Below, piece after piece: positions 29,054 to 37,616 of a stretch of DNA of 64,000 nucleotides (its first letter is position 1; every line of letters starts with the position of its first letter). The position numbers and the translations under genes are program-made. Under the pieces are notes generated by a model, which ran no database searches, was not told where the DNA came from, and was given only the letters and a program-made list of their open reading frames with translations. Source of the DNA: Candidatus Saccharibacteria bacterium UBA4387 (GTDB lineage: Bacteria > Patescibacteriota > Saccharimonadia > Saccharimonadales > Saccharimonadaceae); the NCBI GenBank assembly GCA_002391075.1, contig DGRN01000010.1, positions 20,738 through 84,737 of the forward strand, given 5' to 3'.

Positions 29054-29083
29054 AAAACTTCCGACCCGCCATCGGAAGTTTTG
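29054..29083 (+). terminator. Rho-independent terminator (weak T-run)
   Basis: AAAACTTCCG-acccgccat-CGGAAGTTTT followed by GC. Confidence 0.55.
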
Positions 29084-29183
29084 CTTATGCTTGCATTTTC
29101 CCCAAAACATCCTAAAATATCCCCTATGACTCCCGTCACGCACCCTTAACTCGCGAAAATCCCCCAGAAAGGAAGTTTTGCCT

Positions 29184-29705
29184 ATGATCGCCCTTGCCGT
29201 CATGTTTAGCAATTGGGTTATATGCCACAACAACCAGCCAGCCTTCAAAATCGAACCCGACCACGACCACTTCCGCCGACTCATCGAAAACAAAGTCGTC
29301 GTCTACGGCCACCACACTCTCGACATCCTCCCCAACCACAAACCCCTCAAAAATTGCAAAAACATCATCCTCACCCACCGCCGCGACCTCGACATCCCCG
29401 ACGCCACTATCGTCACCAGCGTCAACGAACTCCAATTCGTCCTCCGCAACTTCGAACCCGACGACGTTTTCCTCATCGGCGGCACCGAACTCTTCCATGA
29501 ACTCATCGACCTCTGCAGCCGCGCCATCCTAACCATCATCCAAGAAGACATCGAAACCAACTCAACCTCAGAATTCTTCCCACGCCTCGACCAGCGCCCC
29601 AACTGGCTGCCCGGCCGCTCCAGCAGCACCCACTTCCGCGACGGGCACCAATTCCACCAACAGCGCTTCATTAACACAAATTTTCGCAAGCACACCTCAG
29701 CCTAG
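29184..29705 (+). CDS. folA: Dihydrofolate reductase-like protein (divergent)
   Basis: ATG 29184 follows GAAAGGAAG. The track start is TTG 29178. The sequence aligns to E. coli DHFR: MIALAV, D-x(3)-F-RR (the Asp27/Phe31 positions), VVVYGHHT, KNIILT and VFLIGGTELF. Confidence 0.55.
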   Translation: MIALAVMFSNWVICHNNQPAFKIEPDHDHFRRLIENKVVVYGHHTLDILPNHKPLKNCKNIILTHRRDLDIPDATIVTSVNELQFVLRNFEPDDVFLIGGTELFHELIDLCSRAILTIIQEDIETNSTSEFFPRLDQRPNWLPGRSSSTHFRDGHQFHQQRFINTNFRKHTSA

Positions 29706-29744
29706 CGTTAGCCGAGGAACCCTCTCTAACGCCGGCCACAAAAA

Positions 29745-29771
29745 GCCCCGCCACTCCGACGGGGTCTTTTT
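29745..29771 (+). terminator. Rho-independent terminator
   Basis: GCCCCG-ccactccga-CGGGGT followed by CTTTTT. It abuts the 3' end of the convergent gene. Confidence 0.6.
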
Positions 29772-30360
29772 ATTTCTCGCGACCAGTCGCCGCCCTCAAC
29801 CAATAAAACCTCTCCACATTTCCAAACCGCCCCGCCAACTCATTATCGCGCTTCGCAATCACAGCAAAACCATGCATTTTCAGCCACTGCTCAAACCGCG
29901 CAATTATCTCGCGCCGCATCTTGCTATTCTTCACTACGCCGTTTTTCAATTGCCACGCCGCCGCCTCAAACTGCGGCTTCAGCATCACAAAATACTCCGT
30001 ATCCGTCTTCGCCAACTCTGCCCGCGCATACTCCAGCACTTTCGTCAAACTCACAAAACTCACATCCGCCACCACCACATCCGGCCTCTCACTCATCGCG
30101 AACTCAAAAACATCCGTCTTCTCATGCAGCTCCACCCTCTCATCAAAACGCAACGGCGCCTTCATCTGTCGCGATCCCTTCTCTACCGCTATCACCTTTT
30201 TCGCCCCCAAGCGCAAAGCACATTCCGTAAATCCACCCGTCGACGACCCAATATCCAGCACGGTTTTCCCCTTCAAAAACCCAGCCGCCCCAAACGCCCG
30301 CAGCGCTCCTTCCAGTTTATACTCCGCCCTTCCTACTACCGCCGTCTCACTCTTCTTCAT
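29770..30360 (-). CDS. TlyA/FtsJ-like RNA 2'-O-methyltransferase lacking the S4 domain
   Basis: 196 aa. KTVLDIGSSTGGFTECAL (SAM-binding motif), VVADVSFVSL and MLKPQFE, as in TlyA. There is no N-terminal S4 segment. Confidence 0.65.
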   Translation of the reverse strand: MKKSETAVVGRAEYKLEGALRAFGAAGFLKGKTVLDIGSSTGGFTECALRLGAKKVIAVEKGSRQMKAPLRFDERVELHEKTDVFEFAMSERPDVVVADVSFVSLTKVLEYARAELAKTDTEYFVMLKPQFEAAAWQLKNGVVKNSKMRREIIARFEQWLKMHGFAVIAKRDNELAGRFGNVERFYWLRAATGREK

Positions 30361-30616
30361 TACCCCAAATTATAACATTTTTCACCCATTTTTCAATCCA
30401 CCCCCACTACCTCACCTACCTCACCTACCAAACCCTAGCAAACCAGTAAACTCCCAATTACCCCCACCCCCATCCACCTCTATCCCCCAAGTAAACTCAT
30501 AATTTACCTCCACCAACAATCGCCCAAGCACTCCTCTACCATCCCACATTACCATCACTACCACTACCGCTACTACGGCCATTATCACTATCACCATCAC
30601 CATCGCTATCGCCGTC

Positions 30617-30643
30617 AAAAAATGGGTAAACTTTTAGTTTACC
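30617..30643 (-). terminator. Probable terminator of the protease/DagK operon
   Basis: Minus strand GGTAAAC-taaaa-GTTTACC followed by CATTTTTT. The stem is AT-rich. Confidence 0.45.
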
Positions 30644-30724
30644 TCTCGTAATCTTTGAAATCTATTTTTATTAATTATTAGTTTACCTTTTTACCAGCGT
30701 TTCAAAACCGCCAGCGCATCCCGC

Positions 30725-31648
30725 CTACCCCTTCATAACCGCACGCAACGGTTTCGCTGCCTTCCGAATCTCAATCGTCCGCACATTGGCAAACTTCTCG
30801 TATTCGCCCTCAGCTTGAATCATCACCGATGCAGCCTTAGCAAACACCAACTTATCATATTCACTCTCAATCCCAGGTATACGCTTAAGTACACTGCGCG
30901 CCATAAATCCAGCCAGCTTTCCAAACTTAGTCAGCTCGCCAGTTTTGCTCAAAAACTCCCGCTCCCCCAAAAACCATTTGCCGCCACGCATAATCCGCGC
31001 CACCGACAAGCCATTAATCGCCAGATAATCCGACGCGCCCTTCACCTTCACAGCCTCACCAGAAGCCCCACCTAGCAAAAACTCCGCCGGCAAAAACTCC
31101 TCACTTTTACGGCATTTCAGCCACCAATGCGCCAACACCCCCATACTAAACGTCACGCGCTTATTCCCTTTGCGCAAAGCATGCCGCGTCTTCGGATGGT
31201 CAAACACGCCACAAGCCACCGCAAACATCCCGACAGTAAAATAACACATCCCGTAACGCCAATGTTTCCCATTAATCAAACATTCCAGCGGCCAAACCTC
31301 GGTCGCATCACCATGCAAAATCTCTTTCAATCGCGGCTCCCCAAAAGTCCGCGCCGTATCATTAAAATTCCCAAACCCCAAGGTACTAAAACTCACATCC
31401 TTTGCCTTTGACAGCATCACACCATTCATCGCCGCCGCCGCCGTCCCATCACCGCCGGCCGCAACCACCAAATCACCATCGCGCAAAACTTTCGCCAAAT
31501 TCACCGCGTTCACATCCACGCTCGCCTGCGCAATCTTAAAATGCGCCAACTCCAAGCCTTCCTCGGCCTTCAGCACTCCAATCACATCCCGATTAATCCG
31601 CCCGTAGTGCGAACTCCGCGGATTATAAACCAAAACCAGCCTTTTCAT
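30725..31648 (-). CDS. Diacylglycerol/lipid kinase family protein (YegS/BmrU type)
   Basis: Start re-picked at MKRLVLVYNPRS (ATGA overlap with the upstream stop). The catalytic motif is VVAAGGDGTAAAAMNG. Confidence 0.75.
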   Translation of the reverse strand: MKRLVLVYNPRSSHYGRINRDVIGVLKAEEGLELAHFKIAQASVDVNAVNLAKVLRDGDLVVAAGGDGTAAAAMNGVMLSKAKDVSFSTLGFGNFNDTARTFGEPRLKEILHGDATEVWPLECLINGKHWRYGMCYFTVGMFAVACGVFDHPKTRHALRKGNKRVTFSMGVLAHWWLKCRKSEEFLPAEFLLGGASGEAVKVKGASDYLAINGLSVARIMRGGKWFLGEREFLSKTGELTKFGKLAGFMARSVLKRIPGIESEYDKLVFAKAASVMIQAEGEYEKFANVRTIEIRKAAKPLRAVMKG

Positions 31649-32385
31649 AGCCTCTCTTGCGCCCAATCCCTAATTTTTTCGGCATCAGCAAAGCCATGCA
31701 GCGCACCATCTTTATCAAAAATCTGTGCATACCCCTGCTCTTTCACATCTTCCTTATATTTCTTCAACAAATCAATGCCAAGATTTTGCACCACGCCATA
31801 TTCCTCTTGCAGCTTATTCTTGTCAATCTCATCAGTATCCTGATACTTCTCTTTAAACTCGGAAATTTTCTCACGATATTCCTCAAAATCCTGCCCAAAT
31901 TCCCGCAAAAACTCATTCCCCGATTCCGCAAATTCCGTAATCGTCTCTTCCGGAATCCGCCCAGTCTCCGCAACCGCATGCGCCAAACCGTCCAACTTCT
32001 CCGCCGTTTCCGCCAAATCGCCCAGATTATCAACCGTATATTTCACTCGATCGCAAGCTTCCCGCATCTCAACCCCATGCTCTTTGTCCTTACGAAACGC
32101 ACTCGACGCGCAAAAATCATCATCGCCCACCGTCTCTTTCACATCACGCACGGCCACCAAAAACTTCTCGGTCTCTTCCGATTTATACTCTTTCAAATCC
32201 TCGACTTTCTCCTCAAAATACTCCTCAATATCCGCCTTACGCGCCAGCACTTTCTCCATTTTTTCACTCAAACTTCGCAACTCGCGCTTATCGCCAGAGC
32301 GCCCCAACAGCAAAACGCCGCCAACCAGCACCAACACCAGCACTACAATAATTCCACCCAAAAATGTCGTATTTCTTCTTCTCAT
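31645..32385 (-). CDS. N-terminally membrane-anchored, Glu/Lys-rich helical hypothetical protein
   Basis: MRRRNTTFLGGIIVVLVLVLVGGVLLL anchor. The start could also be ATG 32403. The stop overlaps the DagK start. Confidence 0.55.
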   Translation of the reverse strand: MRRRNTTFLGGIIVVLVLVLVGGVLLLGRSGDKRELRSLSEKMEKVLARKADIEEYFEEKVEDLKEYKSEETEKFLVAVRDVKETVGDDDFCASSAFRKDKEHGVEMREACDRVKYTVDNLGDLAETAEKLDGLAHAVAETGRIPEETITEFAESGNEFLREFGQDFEEYREKISEFKEKYQDTDEIDKNKLQEEYGVVQNLGIDLLKKYKEDVKEQGYAQIFDKDGALHGFADAEKIRDWAQERL

Positions 32386-32387
32386 TT

Positions 32388-32972
32388 CTATAACCTTACC
32401 CATAATTCACTCGGCAACGGCCACGAATTCGGCTCGCAACCGGCCAAACCTGTCGACTGCTGCAGCATCACCGGAGCCTGCCCCGTCGCAGTCTCGCAAG
32501 TCAAAATATGCCTATGCCCCAGAAAATGCCCCACCTCATGATTCAAAACCATTTGCCTATATCTTTCAATACTTACGCCCAACTCGTTGTAGCTATCCGA
32601 ACCGCCCCGCCACCTGTCATCGTTAATCAACACCAAGCTCCCCACCGAACAACTCAGCTTATCTGAACAAACTGTCGGCGCCGCTGCCGCAACCTCTTTC
32701 GGCTCCGCCAAAATCACGTGCATCCGCCCACCACTGTCAACCCGCTTAAATCGAATTCCCGCCCGCTTCCAACCGCGCGCATCTGCCAAAATCTCATCGG
32801 TCATCCGCGAAAACTCCCCCTTATCGCTCAAAATCGTCCCCCTATAGCTCACGTCATAAGTCACTGTCGTCTGATTCGCCACTGCAAAATAAGCGTCCGC
32901 CTTCTCTTGCACCTCTACCTGCGCGCTCGCAATTTCCGCCGCCGCAATCAAACCAATCAAACTCTCAAACAT
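32388..32972 (-). CDS. Secreted zinc metalloprotease (HExxHxxGxxH, metzincin-like)
   Basis: HEVGHFLGHRH motif. Start re-picked at MFESLIGLIAAAEIASAQ (signal-like), because the track ORF (to 33128) would overrun the divergent gene. TGGTAAAAT lies 7 nt upstream. Confidence 0.65.
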   Translation of the reverse strand: MFESLIGLIAAAEIASAQVEVQEKADAYFAVANQTTVTYDVSYRGTILSDKGEFSRMTDEILADARGWKRAGIRFKRVDSGGRMHVILAEPKEVAAAAPTVCSDKLSCSVGSLVLINDDRWRGGSDSYNELGVSIERYRQMVLNHEVGHFLGHRHILTCETATGQAPVMLQQSTGLAGCEPNSWPLPSELWVRL

Positions 32973-32979
32973 TATCTTT

Positions 32980-32988
32980 ATTTTACCA
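32980..32988 (-). promoter_or_regulatory. Extended -10 element, leaderless protease gene
   Basis: TGGTAAAAT on the minus strand ends 7 nt before ATG 32972. Confidence 0.5.
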
Positions 32989-33005
32989 CGCCACAACCCC
33001 CAAAA

Positions 33006-33014
33006 TGCTATAAT
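33006..33014 (+). promoter_or_regulatory. Extended -10 element, leaderless gene at 33022
   Basis: TGCTATAAT ends 7 nt before ATG 33022. Confidence 0.55.
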
Positions 33015-33021
33015 AAACCCA

Positions 33022-33522
33022 ATGAAAACCGCTCCCAAAAAATCAAAAATCCTCTTCTTTGTCATACCAATAATCGCCATCGGCATCGTCTGCTGTATCT
33101 TCTTCGCTCGCCACATCGCCCCGACCACCTCTCAAAAATTCCGCCTCGACGCCGAATATTACAACCAAGAGCAAGGCTCGCTCCAATCCATCACCGCTAA
33201 AGAATTCGCCCAGCTCCTAGCCGACAAAAAATCCTTCGTCATCATCGCCCACATGGTCCTCTGCCCAGCCGAAGCGCCACTCACCACCACCGCCGAGCAA
33301 TTCGTCGACGACCAAAAACTCCGCTTCTACGACATCACCGAAACCGAATTCGACCAAACCGCCCTCCACGACACCGTCAAATATCTTCCAACCGCCGCCA
33401 TCTACCGCGACGGCCAACTCGTCGCTTGGCTCGACGCCGAATCCGACGCCGACCTCCCCGCCTACAAAACCACCGCCGACTTCGAGCGTTGGCTCTCATC
33501 TTACGTCCAGCTCTCCTATTGA
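33022..33522 (+). CDS. N-terminally anchored hypothetical protein (possibly thioredoxin-fold, no CxxC)
   Basis: KILFFVIPIIAIGIVCCIFFA anchor. The layout resembles membrane-anchored Trx-like proteins, but there is only a single Cys (LCPAE). Confidence 0.5.
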   Translation: MKTAPKKSKILFFVIPIIAIGIVCCIFFARHIAPTTSQKFRLDAEYYNQEQGSLQSITAKEFAQLLADKKSFVIIAHMVLCPAEAPLTTTAEQFVDDQKLRFYDITETEFDQTALHDTVKYLPTAAIYRDGQLVAWLDAESDADLPAYKTTADFERWLSSYVQLSY

Positions 33523-33547
33523 CTTTTTAGCCAAAATATGCTAAAAT
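33519..33547 (+). promoter_or_regulatory. Sigma70 promoter
   Basis: TTGACT (33519-33524), 17-nt spacer, TGCTAAAAT (33539-33547). Confidence 0.6.
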
Positions 33548-33605
33548 TATAGAGATTGCCATAACGGCATCGATCTTTATATTTCTAGAGAGGTGCGTGA
33601 TTTGC

Positions 33606-33860
33606 ATGTTAAAGAAGGACCTGTATATCAACTCCACAAGCTCAGAGAGCAAGATTTTCTTCACACCGAAATATCATCCGTCCAGCCAGCGGCTGACCGC
33701 CGTACTACGCAAAGCGGTCTTCACCAATAAGTGCTCCCGGGCTGATATCGAAAATCTCTATAAAGGAGAAATACGAATATATTTCAACCCGACCGTGCAC
33801 AAAGCGGCGGACCGAAAAGCCCTCATCAGCAAAGTATGCAACATAGTCAAAACATCTTAA
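33606..33860 (+). CDS. Hypothetical small basic protein (84 aa)
   Basis: ATG 33606 after GAGAGG (GTG 33597 is also possible). A strong terminator follows. Atypical composition. Confidence 0.45.
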   Translation: MLKKDLYINSTSSESKIFFTPKYHPSSQRLTAVLRKAVFTNKCSRADIENLYKGEIRIYFNPTVHKAADRKALISKVCNIVKTS

Positions 33861-33867
33861 TCCAAAA

Positions 33868-33896
33868 AGCCGGCACTCGCCGGCTTTCGTTTTTTC
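33868..33896 (+). terminator. Rho-independent terminator
   Basis: AGCCGGC-actc-GCCGGCT followed by TTCGTTTTTT. Confidence 0.8.
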
Positions 33897-33923
33897 AATC
33901 TGTTTATGCTAAAATAGCCTTAT

Positions 33924-35042
33924 ATGAATATACCCGGAGAACAAACACAAAACAAACCAGATTACGCCCCAATCTTCAATCAAAGAGAAAACTACAAATT
34001 TCGAGATATCACTGATACGCCAAGAAAATACGACGCCCTCATTGACAGATATCAATCCATTCGCCCACAGCCAGACGACTTTGCGGACAAGAAAATGTTC
34101 AGTCAAGAATCAATCGAAAGAGACAATCAAACAGTAGAAGAAAAGAAGCAATATCACGACAAAGACGAAGAGGAAGTGGACGCTGGTGCGCTCGAATCCA
34201 TGCTCTACTACATGACCCAACAGGGCCAATTACTCGAAGGCGCCTTCAGCGAGCCTAGCTCTGAATACGACGACTACTTACATGCCACCGACCTCATCAT
34301 CGGCATTCCCCGGCCGACCTTTAAACGTGACGCCGTCGCCAGCATAGATGCAACCACCACGACAAATTACAATGGCACAACCAATCCCATCGTCAGAAAG
34401 TTCCAACATGCCCGCGAAAAAGGCTGCAGAACTAAAGATAGGAAAGTCGTCATTCCTTACACAACCCGCATCGACTACTACAGCCACGGTTCTTCCAAGA
34501 CCAAACTCTCTCGTATTCCACATTACACACTTGGCGTCAGTCCTCAATATATTCAACGCCTCGTAGACCAATTCAATCTTCCTGCAAACGGCATCGACAT
34601 CTCTAACATCCCAAACCCTCACGTCCAAGCCAAACTCCTCACCGAGCTATACTACCAAGGCAGAGCCGGCTACTATAGCTGCCAATTAGCCGAATACGAT
34701 GCCGAAACTCCCGAATCAATATCCGCAATCAAACAAGCAGCCGGAATGCACAAAGAGTTCGCCGATCACGCCTCAAAAGAACTCCAACGACTCCTCGGCG
34801 TAGAAGATCCTAAGAAATTAGCAGATGCCATTTTTAAGTTTTTCAAATCCGAAATACAGCTCTCCGACGGAAAAGATCCCACCTTCCTAGGCATCACGAA
34901 CGAAAGCCTCCGTGCTCTCAACACGGCGATTAAGGATCTTAAAGAACGCCGAACCGCAGCCAATGCTGCCAATATCGCACAGGCCGCCAAACACACAAGC
35001 GGCGTACTTCAAGGCGGCAATCCAAAACCTGCCACTGCCTAA
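33924..35042 (+). CDS. Hypothetical protein (372 aa)
   Basis: TGCTAAAAT ends 8 nt before the ATG. It uses AGA Arg codons repeatedly, unlike neighbouring genes, which use CGC. No family recognised. Confidence 0.6.
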   Translation: MNIPGEQTQNKPDYAPIFNQRENYKFRDITDTPRKYDALIDRYQSIRPQPDDFADKKMFSQESIERDNQTVEEKKQYHDKDEEEVDAGALESMLYYMTQQGQLLEGAFSEPSSEYDDYLHATDLIIGIPRPTFKRDAVASIDATTTTNYNGTTNPIVRKFQHAREKGCRTKDRKVVIPYTTRIDYYSHGSSKTKLSRIPHYTLGVSPQYIQRLVDQFNLPANGIDISNIPNPHVQAKLLTELYYQGRAGYYSCQLAEYDAETPESISAIKQAAGMHKEFADHASKELQRLLGVEDPKKLADAIFKFFKSEIQLSDGKDPTFLGITNESLRALNTAIKDLKERRTAANAANIAQAAKHTSGVLQGGNPKPATA

Positions 35043-35050
35043 AGCCCAAA

Positions 35051-35073
35051 AATCCCCCAACCGGGGGATTTTT
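35051..35073 (+). terminator. Rho-independent terminator
   Basis: AATCCCCC-aacc-GGGGGATT followed by TTT. Confidence 0.75.
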
Positions 35074-35086
35074 CATGCACAAAAAA

Positions 35087-35103
35087 TGGCGGAGAGAACA
35101 GGA
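35087..35103 (-). other. Orphan copy of the 3' end of tRNA-Ser (att-like direct repeat)
   Basis: tggcggagagaacagga versus tggcggagaggacagga at 35219-35235 (16 of 17 identical), in the same orientation, 132 bp from the intact tRNA end. Confidence 0.6.
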
Positions 35104-35183
35104 TATAAACAATGCGCCGTCGTTTCGCAAGCTCAACCGGGCATTGGGCGAACCTTTTTGGCTCTCATCCTGTCTCGCAGACT

Positions 35184-35207
35184 CAAAAAAACAACCCTAC
35201 GGGTTGT
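35184..35207 (-). terminator. Terminator of tRNA-Ser(GGA)
   Basis: Minus strand ACAACCC-gta-GGGTTGT followed by TTTTTTT. Confidence 0.7.
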
Positions 35208-35218
35208 ATTTATGAATC

Positions 35219-35308
35219 TGGCGGAGAGGACAGGATTCGAACCTGCGAAAGCCTTGCGACCTTACACGCTTTCCAAGCGTGCTCCTTCAACCACTCGGAC
35301 ACCTCTCC
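35219..35308 (-). tRNA. tRNA-Ser (anticodon GGA), CCA encoded
   Basis: GGAGAGG acceptor, GTGGTTGAA D-loop, anticodon arm CACGC-TTGGAAA-GCGTG, a long variable arm, GGTTCGAATCC T-arm, and the end CCTCTCC-G-CCA. Confidence 0.9.
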
Positions 35309-35395
35309 AGCTCCTTCCATTCTACCACAGTCACCCTATTTCGCCAAATCCGTCCCATAACCATTTTCCAAATCCAGCAAAAAATGTTATATCTA

Positions 35396-35424
35396 TTGAC
35401 TTTTTTGCATTTTTGTGCTAGAAT
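35396..35424 (+). promoter_or_regulatory. Sigma70 promoter followed by a leader of about 124 nt
   Basis: TTGACT (35396-35401), 17-nt spacer, TGCTAGAAT (35416-35424). Confidence 0.6.
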
Positions 35425-35554
35425 AAAAAGACAAGGCATTCATGCCTAGAACCTTAAAATGTACTATTTCCCTCGTTACAGTACTTTTTCGGTTCGACTA
35501 CCTTATCATTCTGTCCGCCAAGCGGCAGATCACTTGCACAAGGAGGAAACGATT

Positions 35555-36064
35555 ATGAGCAGAAGAGGATTCATCACCCCCGGCAGCAACATCGGCTTCA
35601 TCAGGGCCGGCATCGACCTGGAAACCGCCTACGTCTGCGAGCTCCGCCAGAAGGTAGAGCTGCGCAGCGACTGCATCATGCAGTCCATGCTCGGCACCGA
35701 TGCCGACAAGCTGGAGGGCACCGATTTCCACTTCAACGGCGCTTGCGTCGACATCACCTGCAACCCCGGCAAGGGCGGCAAGATCAAGTGGCTCAACAGA
35801 GAAAGCGACCCGATCGACCGCGCAAGCGTGCCGGTAACGGTACGCTACGGCATCCGCTACCACAACGGCCGCAAGTACCTGGCACGCCCCGTCCTCGTAG
35901 TCGCCGTCGACTGCGCCAATACGTCGTGGCTCTCGAGAAACATGATGTTCCTCACCGAGAGCTTGACGACCAAGAAAATGATCGACAAGCTCATCCGCAT
36001 CATCGATGACATCATCTTCGATGCGGAGGACAATCCCGAGAAGTACGGGATTACACTCGCCTAA
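35555..36064 (+). CDS. Hypothetical protein (169 aa), atypical GC3-rich codon usage
   Basis: ATG 35555 lies 8 nt after AGGAGG (35541-35546). The track ORF starts at 35459. CTG/GAG/AAG/GTG codons are common, unlike other + strand genes here. Confidence 0.65.
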   Translation: MSRRGFITPGSNIGFIRAGIDLETAYVCELRQKVELRSDCIMQSMLGTDADKLEGTDFHFNGACVDITCNPGKGGKIKWLNRESDPIDRASVPVTVRYGIRYHNGRKYLARPVLVVAVDCANTSWLSRNMMFLTESLTTKKMIDKLIRIIDDIIFDAEDNPEKYGITLA

Positions 36065-36096
36065 CTACCCAAACAAGGAAAGGAGGTGATCATCAA

Positions 36097-36417
36097 GTGA
36101 CAGTGTTGTACTGCCTTGAAAAGCAAGGCAAAGTGCCTACAAACAAGTCACTGGCAACAATCACCTTCCTCCTGCATCAGGAGGGAGTAATTCGCGACAG
36201 CGACAAGCTCGAGGCACGAGGAGGCCATAAGTGGAACGATCCCCAAACTCTCAGCAGAGCTATCCGCAAGAACGACATCGTTACGGCCATATCGACCGAA
36301 GATGAAGGTTTCTTCTATCTGCGTGGAAAAAAAGAGATTACATATCTCAAAGAAGCACTCCGCGCAGCCAAAAACAAAACCTCATTCGAGGTCGTGATGG
36401 ATTATGTCCAGAAATAA
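36097..36417 (+). CDS. Hypothetical protein (106 aa)
   Basis: GTG 36097 lies 10 nt after AGGAGG (36081-36086). The terminator at 36438 follows. The start codon is uncertain. Confidence 0.5.
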   Translation: MTVLYCLEKQGKVPTNKSLATITFLLHQEGVIRDSDKLEARGGHKWNDPQTLSRAIRKNDIVTAISTEDEGFFYLRGKKEITYLKEALRAAKNKTSFEVVMDYVQK

Positions 36418-36437
36418 GAAATAGTACATGCCCCACA

Positions 36438-36466
36438 AGCCCCAACCGCAAGGAAGGGGCTTTTTC
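36438..36466 (+). terminator. Rho-independent terminator
   Basis: AGCCCC-aaccgcaaggaa-GGGGCT followed by TTTTC. Confidence 0.65.
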
Positions 36467-36555
36467 TTGTCTTCAATTATCGCCAAAAAACATTTTTTCC
36501 GTCTATAATATAAATTAAGTTTTCATAAAATTTAACTGCGAAGAATTGCGAGAAA

Positions 36556-37614
<1,059 letters not shown>

Positions 37615-37616
37615 AA

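Noticed and set aside
30421-30618. A 65-aa minus-strand ORF starting with a very hydrophobic M/V/I/A stretch, considered as a possible small membrane peptide.
   Set aside because: It has a TTG start and no SD. It lies in the extreme G-depleted spacer, where triplet-like ACC/ATC tracts generate hydrophobic antisense codons. The remainder of the ORF is a Gly/Trp-rich translation of C-runs.
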